Positions 28,242 through 40,308 of a stretch of 64,000 nt of DNA are shown piece after piece. Each line of letters opens with the position of its first letter. Positions within the stretch are counted from its first letter, which is position 1. The stretch is from assembly GCA_951406725.2 (NCBI GenBank), contig OX597814.1:15500001-15564000 (forward strand), written 5' to 3'. Origin of the DNA: Octopus vulgaris. Taxonomy: Eukaryota. The notes below the pieces were generated by a model that worked only from the letters and a program-made list of their open reading frames with translations, made no database searches and was not told where the DNA came from. The position numbers and the translations under genes are program-made.

Positions 28242-31200
28242 TAGAGGCGGGGAACTATAGAGATGTAAGTGTTGAACAGCCGAGTGATCTGAAATGAAAA
28301 GAGATATGATTATCATCGATTTTTACCCTGATGTTGAAAGAAATGCTACTATATTCGCAAAGAAGAAATAATGAAATGTAGATTCATATACAAATATGTG
28401 TGTGTGCGCGTGTACATACACATATGTGTATGTATGTGTTTACCATACAGTAAACACATTTTCTTCTATAGGTGTATTCAAGATTAATTGCTTCCTTTTT
28501 GTTTGTTTGCGTAGACAGTGATCATATCCCCAACTAATTTATATCTCTGCAAATAAATAAGTGTTCGTTTAGACGAATTAGGATGCGATTTACTGTTTCT
28601 CGTGTGTCATGTTGCCATATAAACTCATCTAACCTAGTACCCTTTCCAGTAGAATATTCTTGTGATATTTTCATTGACTCCATCATTTTTGTCTGTTATT
28701 TACAATCATGCATATTTCATTCTACGTATATGTTCCAGCTGACTACTATATATATATATGTTATAGTTAGGCGACAATACTTGGTGAAGAAACTAACTTC
28801 CATAGAAACATCTGGATATCCCGGATGATACGGCCTAAATTATATAGAGGCATATTTTCTTTGAATCTGAAATTCTTTATTCCCGATTCTTTAGTCCACA
28901 TAGTAATTTGCCATAGTTTCAGCTAATTTCCATTTAATTGCAGAACATACTCAGTGCGTAAATAATTCAGTTAGACGAATTACGATATGGGTATGAGAAT
29001 TTGTGTGTGTTGTGTTGTCACCATACTCACACATGAGCACACAAACTTACTCATGCTGCCACACACACACTCACATATGTGTGTTCTTTTCTATGTGATT
29101 CTGTATATGCTTAAATTTTTAAACTGATATGATATCGATATTACAGTATTCGCATGTAATTTGTTGTGTAGGAATCAAAAGTACTAACGTGTGCTGACTT
29201 TCTATATGAATGGAATGGCGCAGTTCGATTTCCTTTGTGCTATTAAAGGAAATACCATATTGAACAATTTCAATGATTAGGTTTATCGTTTTAGTAAAAA
29301 TATGCAGTAGCGCCAGCTATGTAGTATTTAGTGTGAAAACTTACACATCGTCTTTTGAGCAAATCCCTGAAGAGTTTGTGGACGATAGCCAGCAAAGAGT
29401 TATACTATTTGAAGGAGTGCTGACACGGATCGATTACTATTTGGGATTGATTATGTTTGAGAAGTTGTTCTGATCATGAACATCTACCACAAAAGTCCTC
29501 ACTATCCCATCTTTATATTTCTATAGAACTATATGGACAATGTTTTCTTTCTTTTATGAGGTGATTCGTGTGAGATGAGGTGCACGTAACTAAATTTTCT
29601 TAAGTTAAACAAACACATAGATGTGTATGTAACAACTGTGAAAACAAAAGGAAAACCTACAAACAGTGGAGATGAGTAGAGCTTATGAGTTGACTCGCAT
29701 ATGTGACATAAAGTGATGTTTCTGATTTTGCCAGACGTTCTTGTAATAGATGCAATCATGTTATGTAAACTCATGTAGTTACTAATACTTTGTGATATCC
29801 ATTAAGTGTTGTAAGCAATTTCCTGTTCAGCTACAGCTGCAGCGTATCTGTTTATAAATCACTTTGTTGTTGATTGCTATGGAATTTCATTGTAATAAGA
29901 ATGTACAAGACGTAGGAGGAGATTATGGATCATGCATTTATCTGTATGTGATTAGTTAGAATGATGAGCATAAGGGTTTTTTTTATCGCTTAGTCTGGAA
30001 GGAATGATAATATCCATAACTGTTTTGAAGGCCTAGGAGACTAGTGGAGGAGGGTGGACTCTTGAAATCGGAGAGCTTGCCAGAATGTTCGCAAAATAAT
30101 AGAATCGGCTAAAGTCATCGACGGAGCAGACGATGACGGTGAACTGAGCGACGGATTAAGCATACTACCGTTTCAGGATTTGAACTCAAAAACAAATACC
30201 CCAAGATATCGTTTCAGATGCTCGAACCTCTCCACCAGTTTCTTCACCCTATACAGATAATTTATTTATTGCTCCAGGAAAAATAAAAGACGAAGTTGAC
30301 CCAGGCATAATTTGAACTCAGAACTCAAGAAATGGGAAAAAAATTAAGAAACCATCAAACCGAGAGGAGTGATAGGCAGAGCGGAAACCGGAATGTTGTA
30401 AATTAAGGCCATAAAAACTGATCTAAAAACAAAATACTAAAATGTATGTAATTCTTCAAAATGTCATTTCTATCACATCACTGTCTTAATGTCTTACTAC
30501 AATAATTTATTTTGTCATTGTATTTGACATACAAATGACAAAACGCGACACTGACATTGTCTACAACGATAACTATTAATGCAATCAATCGAAATATCAT
30601 CAAGAATAGTAACGGAGAACTAGTGGTATTCCAACCAGTTACAATACTTGAAGTATTACTTAAATTATAAATTTCAGGATCAGAACTCGTTGTGCGGTAC
30701 GAAATGGTGATCTGTGTTTTCTTCATTCAACAGATGCCAGGTGATCGAATGAGTAACGCGCTGCACAAGCATTAGGTTTGAAAATGAAAATTTGCTCAAA
30801 CCGGCTTAGAATTTCGATTAGAGAAACAAGTGATAATAAGTTTAGGAAAGCAAATCATTAAACCTTTATGTTAGTACTAGCTGTGCCTGGGAAGGTGAAT
30901 GTCTGAGCATGGTTGTTTTCCTTGAAGAAACAGAGGGTGTTGACTTCAAAGTGATATGAGTTGAGATAAATAACCTCAAAGCTAGACGAACAATGTTCAG
31001 ACAATAGTAATAGATCAGAGAGCTACAGAAGCATCAAATAAATTTAGCGAAATGGGAAAGAGACATTGAACCAGAGAAACTATAAGTTTTTTTAGCTGAT
31101 ATATAAGTCTTTAAAGCTGATATATGTCTTTTCAGATGAAATATAAAACGTAACAGGAAAAATAGGTTAGAGATAGAAGATGAAAGATGTGTCTTTCAGA

Positions 31201-31756
31201 AAGAAATTACCTTTTGTTTTACTTGATTGGCTGTTATGAAAAGGTGAGAGGAGAGATCAATGTCAGTGTGTCTTCGAGAGAATCGATCACTATTATTCTG
31301 AAAATATTTCATTGATTTCGAGACAGTGAGTTGGGAAAACTATTTTGATACCTGTGAATAGTTCCTATTGAAGTCATTGGCTTCGCGTATAACTATTGAA
31401 ATCCTGAGCTTGCTGAAAACAACATTTAACATAAGGTAGAGGAAGGTGACACCTTATTATGGTTGCTTTAATATGTTCCTTATGAGTTGGGATCACTATG
31501 CTATCTTGCAGTAGAGCCCTACTGGAATGGTTTAGTGTCAGAATACTGTGACACAATAGGCATGATTCAGTGAAAGGTAGAGTCGAACGTAAACCACCAA
31601 AAAGCTACGTTATGTCAAATCGAGTGCCTTGTATAAAACTTACTTGGAAAAGGATGTGTAGCGTTCGATCATATAATAATATAAATAATATATAAATATA
31701 TGCATATATACATACATATATGTACATGCCTACATATATATGTATATATACATGCA

Positions 31757-31930
31757 TATATGGGTACAGAACATCAAAAAAAAGTTGAACACAATGAGAA
31801 ACGAAAACATAAAAACAAAAACATAGAAACGAACTTTTTTTCGAACAACGAAAAAACAAACAGAGAAACGAGCATAAAGAATATTCCCCTTCTTCAGTTG
31901 TCCCTCTTTCATCTACTCCGCGTGCGAAAA
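31757..31930 (-). mobile_element. Microsatellite-adjacent dispersed repeat with CTGAAGA motif
   Basis: Homologous to 50363-50518; minus strand gggacaa CTGAAGA agggg. Confidence 0.5.
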
Positions 31931-33025
31931 CTTTAATGACCTGCTGACTCTAAAAAGCATCATGGCTTCAATCATAGGTTATCCAAATTGTAATAGTCAT
32001 ATACGTCTTAAAATTGTCAAAGTATTGGATACGCTGTATTCACTGCAGCTGTAGAACCACATCTCACAGAAAGTGATTTCTCTAAAAGCTCAGTAAAAGT
32101 TTTCCTTGCATCTAAAAAGACAAACGTTAATTATCTGAAGGCGTTTGAGTTGAAAAAAACGTTGATAGAAAGCAAAGAAAAACGATTGAAGGCAAAAAGC
32201 ATGAATGTCGAAGTGATTTGAATTTATAATTAAGATTGATTTTAAATATATAAAAAAAAAAGGTTATAAATATCGATGAAAAATGTTCTGCACATTGAAA
32301 TAGAGTAAGTAATGAGAGAGTGAGGGAGAAAGAGGGAAAGAGAAGGAGTAATAGTGTGAGTGAGGAGCAAAAGGTGAGTGAGAAAGATAGGAGAAGAAGC
32401 GAGAGTTTGAGGTAACAAAGAGTAAGGCAATTTCAAGAAAGATTGTATCAACGAAGTAAGTAAATTAGTCGCTGACAAATATGTGGAGGTGGAAAAGAAA
32501 AAGCCAAACATACAGATTCCCATCAAGAACGATGAAATACACATCTCTGCCACTGGCACAAGGCCACGAATTTGTGGAGAAGGTATAGACAATTAAATCA
32601 ACCGGAGTAACTGACCGATATTTCGTTATATCGAATCCTAACCAACAAAAGATGAAAGGTAACGGTTACTTCGGAGGAAACTGAATTCAGAATACAAGTA
32701 TTGGTAACAAAAAAACAAACAAACTGCAAAGCATTCCGTTCAGCAATCTTACGATTCCACATGTTCAATGATTTGAGAAATATTTTAAAACGAGAATAAT
32801 GCAAATGTTATTATAAAGTTTAATTACAAATGAGAAAATACTGAAAAACTTCAATAAGTTTTAGTAAAATATCTCAATGATAATTAAAGGAGAGACGAAT
32901 TTAACCAAATATTTCTGGAATTGCTGATAACAGAGATTGAAAAACAGGAATCGAATATATGTACTATATCAAGAAAAGTATGCTTCATATAAGAACAGTG
33001 ATTGATAGTAGCATACACAACACAT

Positions 33026-33257
33026 GTTGTTTGTTCTTTGGCTCATAGGACCGGTTTCCCGGTTTCTTTGGCGTATAGGTTCCCTACCTGGCCGGGACAC
33101 CGGTCCGACGCAGGTGAACTGCAAGATGCAGGAAGAAAGAGTGAGAGAAAGTTGTGCCGAAAAAGTCAGCAGAAGTTCGCCATTACCTTCTGTCGGAGCC
33201 GCGTAGAGCTTAGGTGTTAGGTGTCCTCTACTCTAACTACTAGACCATGTGCCTCCA
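33026..33257 (-). mobile_element. SINE (12387 family) with internal deletion removing the B box
   Basis: 11-bp TSD acacaacacat at 33015-33025 and 33262-33272. Confidence 0.82.
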
Positions 33258-34520
33258 CTACACACAACACATAGGAACATGGAAATTCTGAGCCAAAGCA
33301 GAATCTTATACAAGGTCGCAATACTTTCTAAAAATAGCAGCTAAATATTCGTATTACTCTGCCTCCCACCTCAAACAGAGAGGGTACAATGAATAATATA
33401 GCCTGAAAAGAATACTTGATAGTCCTGACCTTAATTCATTTTTCGTCGGCCACATACATCCTTTAACCCAACCGCGTTCTAACTATCAAATTATATCCAC
33501 ACACCGATACTTTGATAACTTCTAATCTCTTAAAAAACTGAAGTCTCTAATTCAGAGCTGACCGAGGGTTAACCTCATCCTCTTCATTACTAAAACCACC
33601 ACCAACAATAACAACAACAACAACAACAACAACAAAAACAGCAGTAACAAAACAGCTAAGAAAAGCTAATTGGCAAGTTATACAAACGTCCAACCAAGCA
33701 GAAATCAGATAAGAATATAACAAATATAACAAAATTGGCCTTTCGGAACTACCAGGTAGGTGTAGCGAGTGTTTGTATAAGAAATCATTTCCGTTTTTGA
33801 TCTAAAAGAGCTAAGTTTTTGTTGTTTGTCTGTAATAAGCATGTTTCCTGAGAAGAAATAAGTCAAATCAGCCAATGTAACAGGACATAACTTGTAATCA
33901 GTCGTATTATCGCTGTGTTCTCTTGAATGCATCAGTCATGATCTAAACCTTGCTTTTTATCATATTTGATAACAGACTAGGAATTAAAAATCACCAATTT
34001 ATATTCTCCTTTTGAACAAAAACTATTATCAAATATAACATGGGATATTTTTCAATATTCCCCTTCGCTAATGCCCTTGTTGTTGAAAGAGATGAATGTC
34101 GTGAAATGTACACTTTTCCCTTCTCTTTAAAACTGCTGTCTTCAGCTTAAGTGGGAAATCAATAACTGATCGTATCCTAGTCGATAACAAAAGAAAAAAA
34201 AAGGGATTATGTAGGGCTCCTCCTATTTCATTAAATAATCGGGATGAATTATTGACAATCAAAATGTTAAAGAATATACACAAAAGAAAATGGCATTTTC
34301 TTTTTATTTTATTTTTACTTAAGGCTTGAATGCATTTTGCACATATCCAACAACATCTAAAAGAAAAAATGCTACTATAAACGATTGCGTTGGGGCTTTG
34401 TTTCTATTGCAACTTGTTTTACGTGAATACGATATTCTCTTTGTGTATCTGATTTCATTTATGCACATTCACACACAGACACGCACAGACACTGAAACAA
34501 ACACACAAGCCCCTCCCCCC

Positions 34521-34558
<38 letters not shown>

Positions 34559-34567
34559 GTATATATT

Positions 34568-34601
<34 letters not shown>

Positions 34602-34623
34602 CATATATATATATGTATATATT

Positions 34624-34664
<41 letters not shown>

Positions 34665-35153
34665 TGCCTAGTATATATATATATATATATATATCGAAAT
34701 AAAGAACTTGTTAAAAACAAAAATACAAAAAAAAAAAACTAAAAGAAAAGTGAATCAGAATTTCAATATCTAAAAGAAACTAGAAAAAAAAACACAATAT
34801 TATTTTCGAATCATTGATTGGAAACAATCCGACTTTGTACAACCTCTGAGCTATTTGAGCAGACACTTAAACAATCAAAGAATGACATAAACTAAACAAA
34901 ATAGAGTCATCTATTTATTTCATGTTTAGCTATACTGGTTGGATGAAGAAAATTACGACAGTCGTTACTATGGGAAAACAAAAAAGAGAAATAACTTCTT
35001 TTCATTTCGCCATTATTTATTTTTACATACATATAAAACGAATAGTTGTATTTTAAGTTTGACTTTGAGAGAAACTGTGCTTTCCTATTTTTTTCTAAAT
35101 GAATCTAAAACATATGTTTGAAATACAAATGTATAATGATTATAATAATAATC

Positions 35154-35546
35154 TTTTCTATTCTAGGCACAATGCCCGAAATTTTTGGGGAGGGGGGGCC
35201 AATCGATTAAATCGACACTAGTATGCAAATAGTACTTAATTTATCGAACCCAGAAGGATGAAAGGCAAAGTCGACCTCGGAGGAATTTGAACCCAGAACA
35301 CAGAGGCAGACGAAATGCCTATTTCTTTATTACACACAAGGGGCTAAACATAGCGGAAACAAACAAGTACAAATAAACGGATTAAGTCGATTACATCGAC
35401 CACAGTGCTTAACTGGTACTTAATTTATCGACCACGAAAGGATAAAAGGCAAAGTCGATCTCGACGGAATTTGAACTAAGAACGTGAAGACAGACGAAAT
35501 ACCGCTAATTATTTCGCCCGGCTTGCTAACGATTCTGCCAGCTCGC
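35154..35546 (-). mobile_element. Dimeric SINE family A
   Basis: Complete monomer (about 35546-35319) fused to a second monomer lacking the A box and ending in an alternative tail (ccccctccccaaaaatttcgggcattgtgcctagaatagaaaa). Confidence 0.85.
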
Positions 35547-35557
35547 TATTTTAATAA

Positions 35558-35781
35558 TTCTTCCAACTGTAAGCACAAGGCCTGAAATTTTGGGGAAGAG
35601 ATTAAGTCATTTACATGGACCCCAGTGCATAACTGGTACTTATTTAATCGATCGCGATGGGATGAAATGCAAGCTCGACCTCGGCGGAATTTGAGCTCAG
35701 AACGTAGTGACAGACGAAACACCGCAAAGCATTTCACTCGGCGTGTTAACGATTCCGCCAGGTCACCGCTTTTCGCTGCCT
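35558..35781 (-). mobile_element. SINE family A monomer with the alternative tail
   Basis: Same central domain; tail ttccccaaaatttcaggccttgtgctta on the minus strand. Confidence 0.8.
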
Positions 35782-35887
35782 TAATAATATTAATAATTAT
35801 GATGATGATGATGGTGATGATGGTGATGATGATGATGATGATGATGATGAGGAGGAGGAGGAGGAGGAGGAGGACAACGACGACAGC

Positions 35888-35920
<33 letters not shown>

Positions 35921-36043
35921 AAGAAGAAGAAGAAGAAGAAGAAGAAGAAGAAGAAGAAGAAGAAGAAGAAGAAGAAGAAGAAGAAGAAGAAGAAGAAGAA
36001 GAAGAAGAAGAAGAAGAAGAAGAAGAAGAAGAAGAAGAAGAAG
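35782..36043. repeat. Compound trinucleotide array (TAA)/(GAT)/(GAG)/(AAG)n
   Basis: Direct reading. Confidence 0.95.
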
Positions 36044-36534
36044 ATCAAAGACATGGTATGATCAAATCTCAGGAGTTACCGAGAATGAATATGGCGAAAT
36101 CCTGTGGAATGCAATGATTCAGTGCGACCATCAGATCACACACAGGAAACCCAACACAGCTATAATGAACAGAAAAACAAAAGCAAAAACATGCCTGATA
36201 ATTGACATAGCATGTCCTGATGACAACAGGGTCGAAGAGAAAGAAGAAAAAGTGAACAACTATGATGAATTGAAGTGGGAATTAGGGAATTAGGCAGGTT
36301 GTGTGCAATGAAGAGAGAGGAGGTGATATCGACAGTTGTTGGCACGCTTGGGTGAATCGGCACTCAACTACCAACACGGTCCAAAAAGACTGGTACAAAT
36401 GTAAAGATAGAACCTCTGCAAAAATCATCATTACTTGGAAGAGTAATTGTACTCCGGTGGGTTCTTGAAGCACGATCAGTAAACAAGTGTCACTTTAGTC
36501 TGACGGACCGAGCGTGCGATGCTAAACGGTTCCG
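36044..36534 (+). mobile_element. Degenerate R4/Dong-type LINE 3' fragment (RLE domain and 3'UTR)
   Basis: EILWNAMIQCDHQITHRKPN..TCLIIDIACPDDNRVEEKEEKVNNYDELKWEL; ends directly in (TAA)n. Confidence 0.8.
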
Positions 36535-36543
36535 AATAATAAC

Positions 36544-36636
<93 letters not shown>

Positions 36637-36646
36637 AATAATAATG

Positions 36647-36694
<48 letters not shown>

Positions 36695-36705
36695 GTAATA
36701 GTAAT
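36535..36705. repeat. (TAA)n/(TGA)n tract, LINE target site
   Basis: Direct reading. Confidence 0.95.
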
Positions 36706-36743
36706 GGTATGAAAAGCGTGTTAGATTTTTCAAGGACAACAAC

Positions 36744-38552
36744 ATGTTCAAAAATAACACCAAGAATTTTTACAGGAAGATAGGAAAAACAGCGTTTACT
36801 GCAGGGTCTGTACCATCAAAAGAAGAAGTGCAGAGATTTTGGAATAAAATCTGGGCAGAAGAAAAAACACACAACGAAAAGGCCCCCTGGATTGACAGAA
36901 TATCTACAGAACTGGACCCCTTAGAAGAGCAAAAGTGGGAGGGTGTCAAGGTAGAAGATATAAGATCTGCTCTCAGGAGGTCAAGCAAATGGAAGTCTCC
37001 AGGAAAGGATAAAATTCCTAACTTCTGGCTGAATGCCTTCCCAGAGAGCCATGAACTGCTAACAGAACTGTACAATGATGTTTTGCAACACCCTAGTAGG
37101 ATGCCTCCTTGGCTAGTTAATGGGTTAACATTCCTGCTTCCAAAAAGTGAAGAAACAAATGAACCAAAAAACTATAGACCCATAACTTGCTTAACAACTA
37201 TGTACAAAACACTAACATCTGTCCTGACGGAATATACCTATAGTTTTTTAACAGACAGCAGCATATTCCCTAATGAACAGAAAGGATGTAAACGTGGATC
37301 CTACGGCTGTAAAGACCAACTACTCATCAATAAGATGATCTTAGAAGATTGTCACAAACGACACAAAAACTTATCAATAGCCTGGATAGACTATAAAAAG
37401 GCTTTTGATAGCCTACCACATAGCTGGATTAGGAAATGCCTTGAAATGTATAAGATAGCACCAACTCTGCGAAACTTCTTGACTGTAAGTATGAGATCAT
37501 GGAGAACCACACTAACTCTGAACAGTGACAGTGAATTCCTAAATGCTGGTGATGTAAAAATTTCGTGTGGCATTTTCCAGGGTGACTCACTGTCACCACT
37601 CCTCTTTTGTTTATCCTTAATACCTCTCTCAAAGCTGCTCAATGACGCGCAGTACGGGTATAAAATGTTTGATAAAAATATAAATCATCTCGTTTACATG
37701 GATGATTTAAAGCTTTTTGCAAAAAATGATCAACAACTCAAGGGCTTACTAGCGATAGTCAAACAATTCAGTGACGACATCAGAATGCAATTCGGCCTCG
37801 ATAAATGTGCAAAGGCTACCTTTATCAAAGGAAAAATGACAGAAACATCTAACGTTAACCTTGACCAACAGAATGTCATAAAAGAACTAGACCCAGCGGA
37901 GAGCTACAAGTACCTAGGGATAATTGAAAGGAACGGAATAAGGCATTCAGAGATGAAGGAAAGGATCAGGAGAGAATGCTATCGAAGAGTGAGAGCAATA
38001 CTCAAGACAGAGCTGAATGCAAGAAACAGGATCGAAGCAATCAATGCATTAGCTATACCAGTCGTGACTTACAGTTTCAATATTGTTAACTGGTCAATTA
38101 CTGAAATATGTCAGCTCGACAGAAAAATAAGGAAACTGTTGACAATGCATAGAATGCACCACCCTAAGGCAGATACAGAACGACTCTATCTGCCAAGAAA
38201 AGAGGGAGGCCGTGGTCTTTTGCAACTGGCAATAACAATGAAGATTGCTACAATTGGCCTAGACACCTACCTGAAAAACTCTGAGGACTGGATGCTAAAA
38301 CTTGTCTCAAAACATGAAAACAAGAAAGCATCATACTCAGTCACAAAACAGGCAAAGGAATATCTAAGTGAATTCCGAATACAACCAATTTCGGAGATAG
38401 ATATACAAGAAACAAGCACAGAAAAAGCTAGGCGCATGAAAATCCGTGCCAAAACTGCGGCCTTAGATATTCTGAATAATAAATGGCAAGAAAACCTCTC
38501 TATGGCAAATACCCAAAGAGAGCGAATAATGCAGATATCGACAAAGCCCTGA
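36744..38552 (+). CDS. Reverse transcriptase part of the RLE-LINE ORF (ATG is internal; homology leaves this frame at about 38493)
   Basis: 602-aa ORF with a complete non-LTR RT domain. Confidence 0.85.
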   Translation: MFKNNTKNFYRKIGKTAFTAGSVPSKEEVQRFWNKIWAEEKTHNEKAPWIDRISTELDPLEEQKWEGVKVEDIRSALRRSSKWKSPGKDKIPNFWLNAFPESHELLTELYNDVLQHPSRMPPWLVNGLTFLLPKSEETNEPKNYRPITCLTTMYKTLTSVLTEYTYSFLTDSSIFPNEQKGCKRGSYGCKDQLLINKMILEDCHKRHKNLSIAWIDYKKAFDSLPHSWIRKCLEMYKIAPTLRNFLTVSMRSWRTTLTLNSDSEFLNAGDVKISCGIFQGDSLSPLLFCLSLIPLSKLLNDAQYGYKMFDKNINHLVYMDDLKLFAKNDQQLKGLLAIVKQFSDDIRMQFGLDKCAKATFIKGKMTETSNVNLDQQNVIKELDPAESYKYLGIIERNGIRHSEMKERIRRECYRRVRAILKTELNARNRIEAINALAIPVVTYSFNIVNWSITEICQLDRKIRKLLTMHRMHHPKADTERLYLPRKEGGRGLLQLAITMKIATIGLDTYLKNSEDWMLKLVSKHENKKASYSVTKQAKEYLSEFRIQPISEIDIQETSTEKARRMKIRAKTAALDILNNKWQENLSMANTQRERIMQISTKP

Positions 38553-39247
38553 CCCATCAATGGCTAATGGCCTCTGGCTTAAAATCTGAAACAGAGGGGT
38601 TTATCATAGCAGCTCAAGATCAATGCCTACCAACAAGAAACTACCAGGCCAACATATTAAAGATCAGAAGCAGTCCAACGTGTCGTGTATGCAAGCAACA
38701 AAATGAAACCATTGACCATGTGGTCTCCAAGTGCAGTCTTCTAGCGCCTACAGAGTATCTCAACAGGCACGATAGAGCTGCACAATATATTCACTGGGTA
38801 ATCTGTAAAAACCTGGATTTGCCCCATGAAAAAAACTGGTGGGAACACAAACCACCCCCAGTGCTTGAAAATGACCACATCTCACTCCTCTGGAACTTCA
38901 CCATTCAAACTGACAGGAAGATAGATGCAAATAGGCCAGACATCATATTGAAAAACTTCAAACAAAGAACATGCCTCCTCATTGATATGACTGTCCCAAT
39001 CGATATAAACGTATCTGTCAAGACCTACCAAAAACTGAGCAAATATAAAGATCTTGAAATAGAAATCAGCAAAATGTGGAAGCTGAAGACTAAAACAATA
39101 CCTGTTGTCATAGGTGCCCTGGGAATGATAGCAAAAGGGGCTGATAGCTACCTAACTCAGATACCAGGAAACCCAAAAATGGCAGAAGTTCAAAAGATAG
39201 TGCTCATGGGAACTGCTCATATCCTACGCAAAATACTCTCTATGTAA
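38483..39247 (+). CDS. Zinc-knuckle and restriction-like endonuclease part of the same ORF, after the frameshift
   Basis: 254-aa ORF KPLYGKYP..LKSETEGFIIAAQDQ..CCHC..RHD..PD..D. Confidence 0.85.
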   Translation: MARKPLYGKYPKRANNADIDKALTHQWLMASGLKSETEGFIIAAQDQCLPTRNYQANILKIRSSPTCRVCKQQNETIDHVVSKCSLLAPTEYLNRHDRAAQYIHWVICKNLDLPHEKNWWEHKPPPVLENDHISLLWNFTIQTDRKIDANRPDIILKNFKQRTCLLIDMTVPIDINVSVKTYQKLSKYKDLEIEISKMWKLKTKTIPVVIGALGMIAKGADSYLTQIPGNPKMAEVQKIVLMGTAHILRKILSM

Positions 39248-39478
39248 TCTCAAGGTTTAAAACAAACATAATTTTCGGTTTAAAAAAAAAAAAAAAAAAA
39301 CCTTTTTTTTTTTTTTTTTTTTTCTTTTTAGACATTCATTAGTACAACATCCCCACCCCCCAAATATATGGCACACTAGGCATAACAACAACATGAACTT
39401 CCAACCCTGTTGTCTCTTGAGGTCTCTGGGTGAGACTTGGAGCCAACTTGTACAAATATAAAGCAAAAGTCAAACATA

Positions 39479-39480
<2 letters not shown>

Positions 39481-39560
<80 letters not shown>

Positions 39561-39620
39561 AATGATAATAATGATAATAATGATAATAATGATAATAATG
39601 ATAATAATGATAATAATTAT
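39481..39620. repeat. (TAA)n/(TAATGATAA)n tract
   Basis: Direct reading. Confidence 0.95.
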
Positions 39621-39627
39621 AGATATA

Positions 39628-40132
39628 AGATCACCATGTCGCGCATATATGGTGGTGATGCATGTCCCTGGTGTGCCCTTATCTGAAGGTTACTTCTGAT
39701 GAGTATATTTAACCCGGTGTCACTTTGAAAGCATGCGCTACTCTTTCACTCAACACTATCAATGATGATGATGATGATGATGGCGATCCCTCCTACTATA
39801 AGCATAAGGTCTAAAATTTGGGGAGACAAAAGTTGATTACAATAAATCACCTCTGGAAACGTAGGTGCTTTGTTCAACATCCTTAAACGATCCTTTTTCA
39901 GGGACATTTTGAGTGGGATGGGCTACTCTATACGAACAACATTCTCATTGGGCCCCACCTGCAAAGTCATACGCTGTTTATCTTGATATGAGAAAACCAT
40001 GTGGCGCACATATTTTTTTTGATGTAGGTGCCTGGTGTAACCTTATTGGACGGGTAGTCTTGAGAGGTATACTGGGCTTCGTATATTTTACCCTAGTGTC
40101 ACTTCGATGACATGCACGGCTTTCTCACTCAA
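39628..40132 (+). mobile_element. Two diverged 3'-end copies of another trinucleotide-repeat-associated retroelement
   Basis: 39630-39755 and 39996-40132 share accatgt.gcgca.atat...cctggtgt..ccttat...gtatattt.accc..gtgtcactt.ga..catgc.c..ct.t.tcactcaa, each followed by GAT/TAA repeats. Confidence 0.55.
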
Positions 40133-40179
40133 TGATAATAATAATGAAGATGATGATGATGCTGATAATAATGGTATGG

Positions 40180-40232
<53 letters not shown>

Positions 40233-40239
40233 TGTTGTT

Positions 40240-40308
<69 letters not shown>
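40180..40308. repeat. (GTA)n microsatellite
   Basis: Direct reading. Confidence 0.95.

Larger units (their letters stand above)
36706..39480 (+). mobile_element. R4/Dong-type non-LTR retrotransposon (RT + CCHC + RLE), 5' truncated, young
   Basis: RT motifs KSPGKD, NYRPITCL, WIDYKKAFDS, GIFQGDSLSPLLF, YMDD, YKYLG; CRVC..ETIDHVVSKC, RHD, RPDII..LIDMTVP, K..KY; both ends abut (TAA)n, the known target of Dong-group R4-clade elements. Confidence 0.93.

Noticed and set aside
30720-31560. Possible decayed LINE coding sequence
   Set aside because: No diagnostic motif recoverable by eye
35625-36293. 222-aa ORF
   Set aside because: Accidental read-through of antisense SINE, trinucleotide array and an RLE-LINE relic
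38483-38552. Overlapping ORFs as a programmed frameshift or two-gene system
   Set aside because: R4-clade elements have a single ORF; one missing A explains the overlap and no canonical slippery heptamer is present
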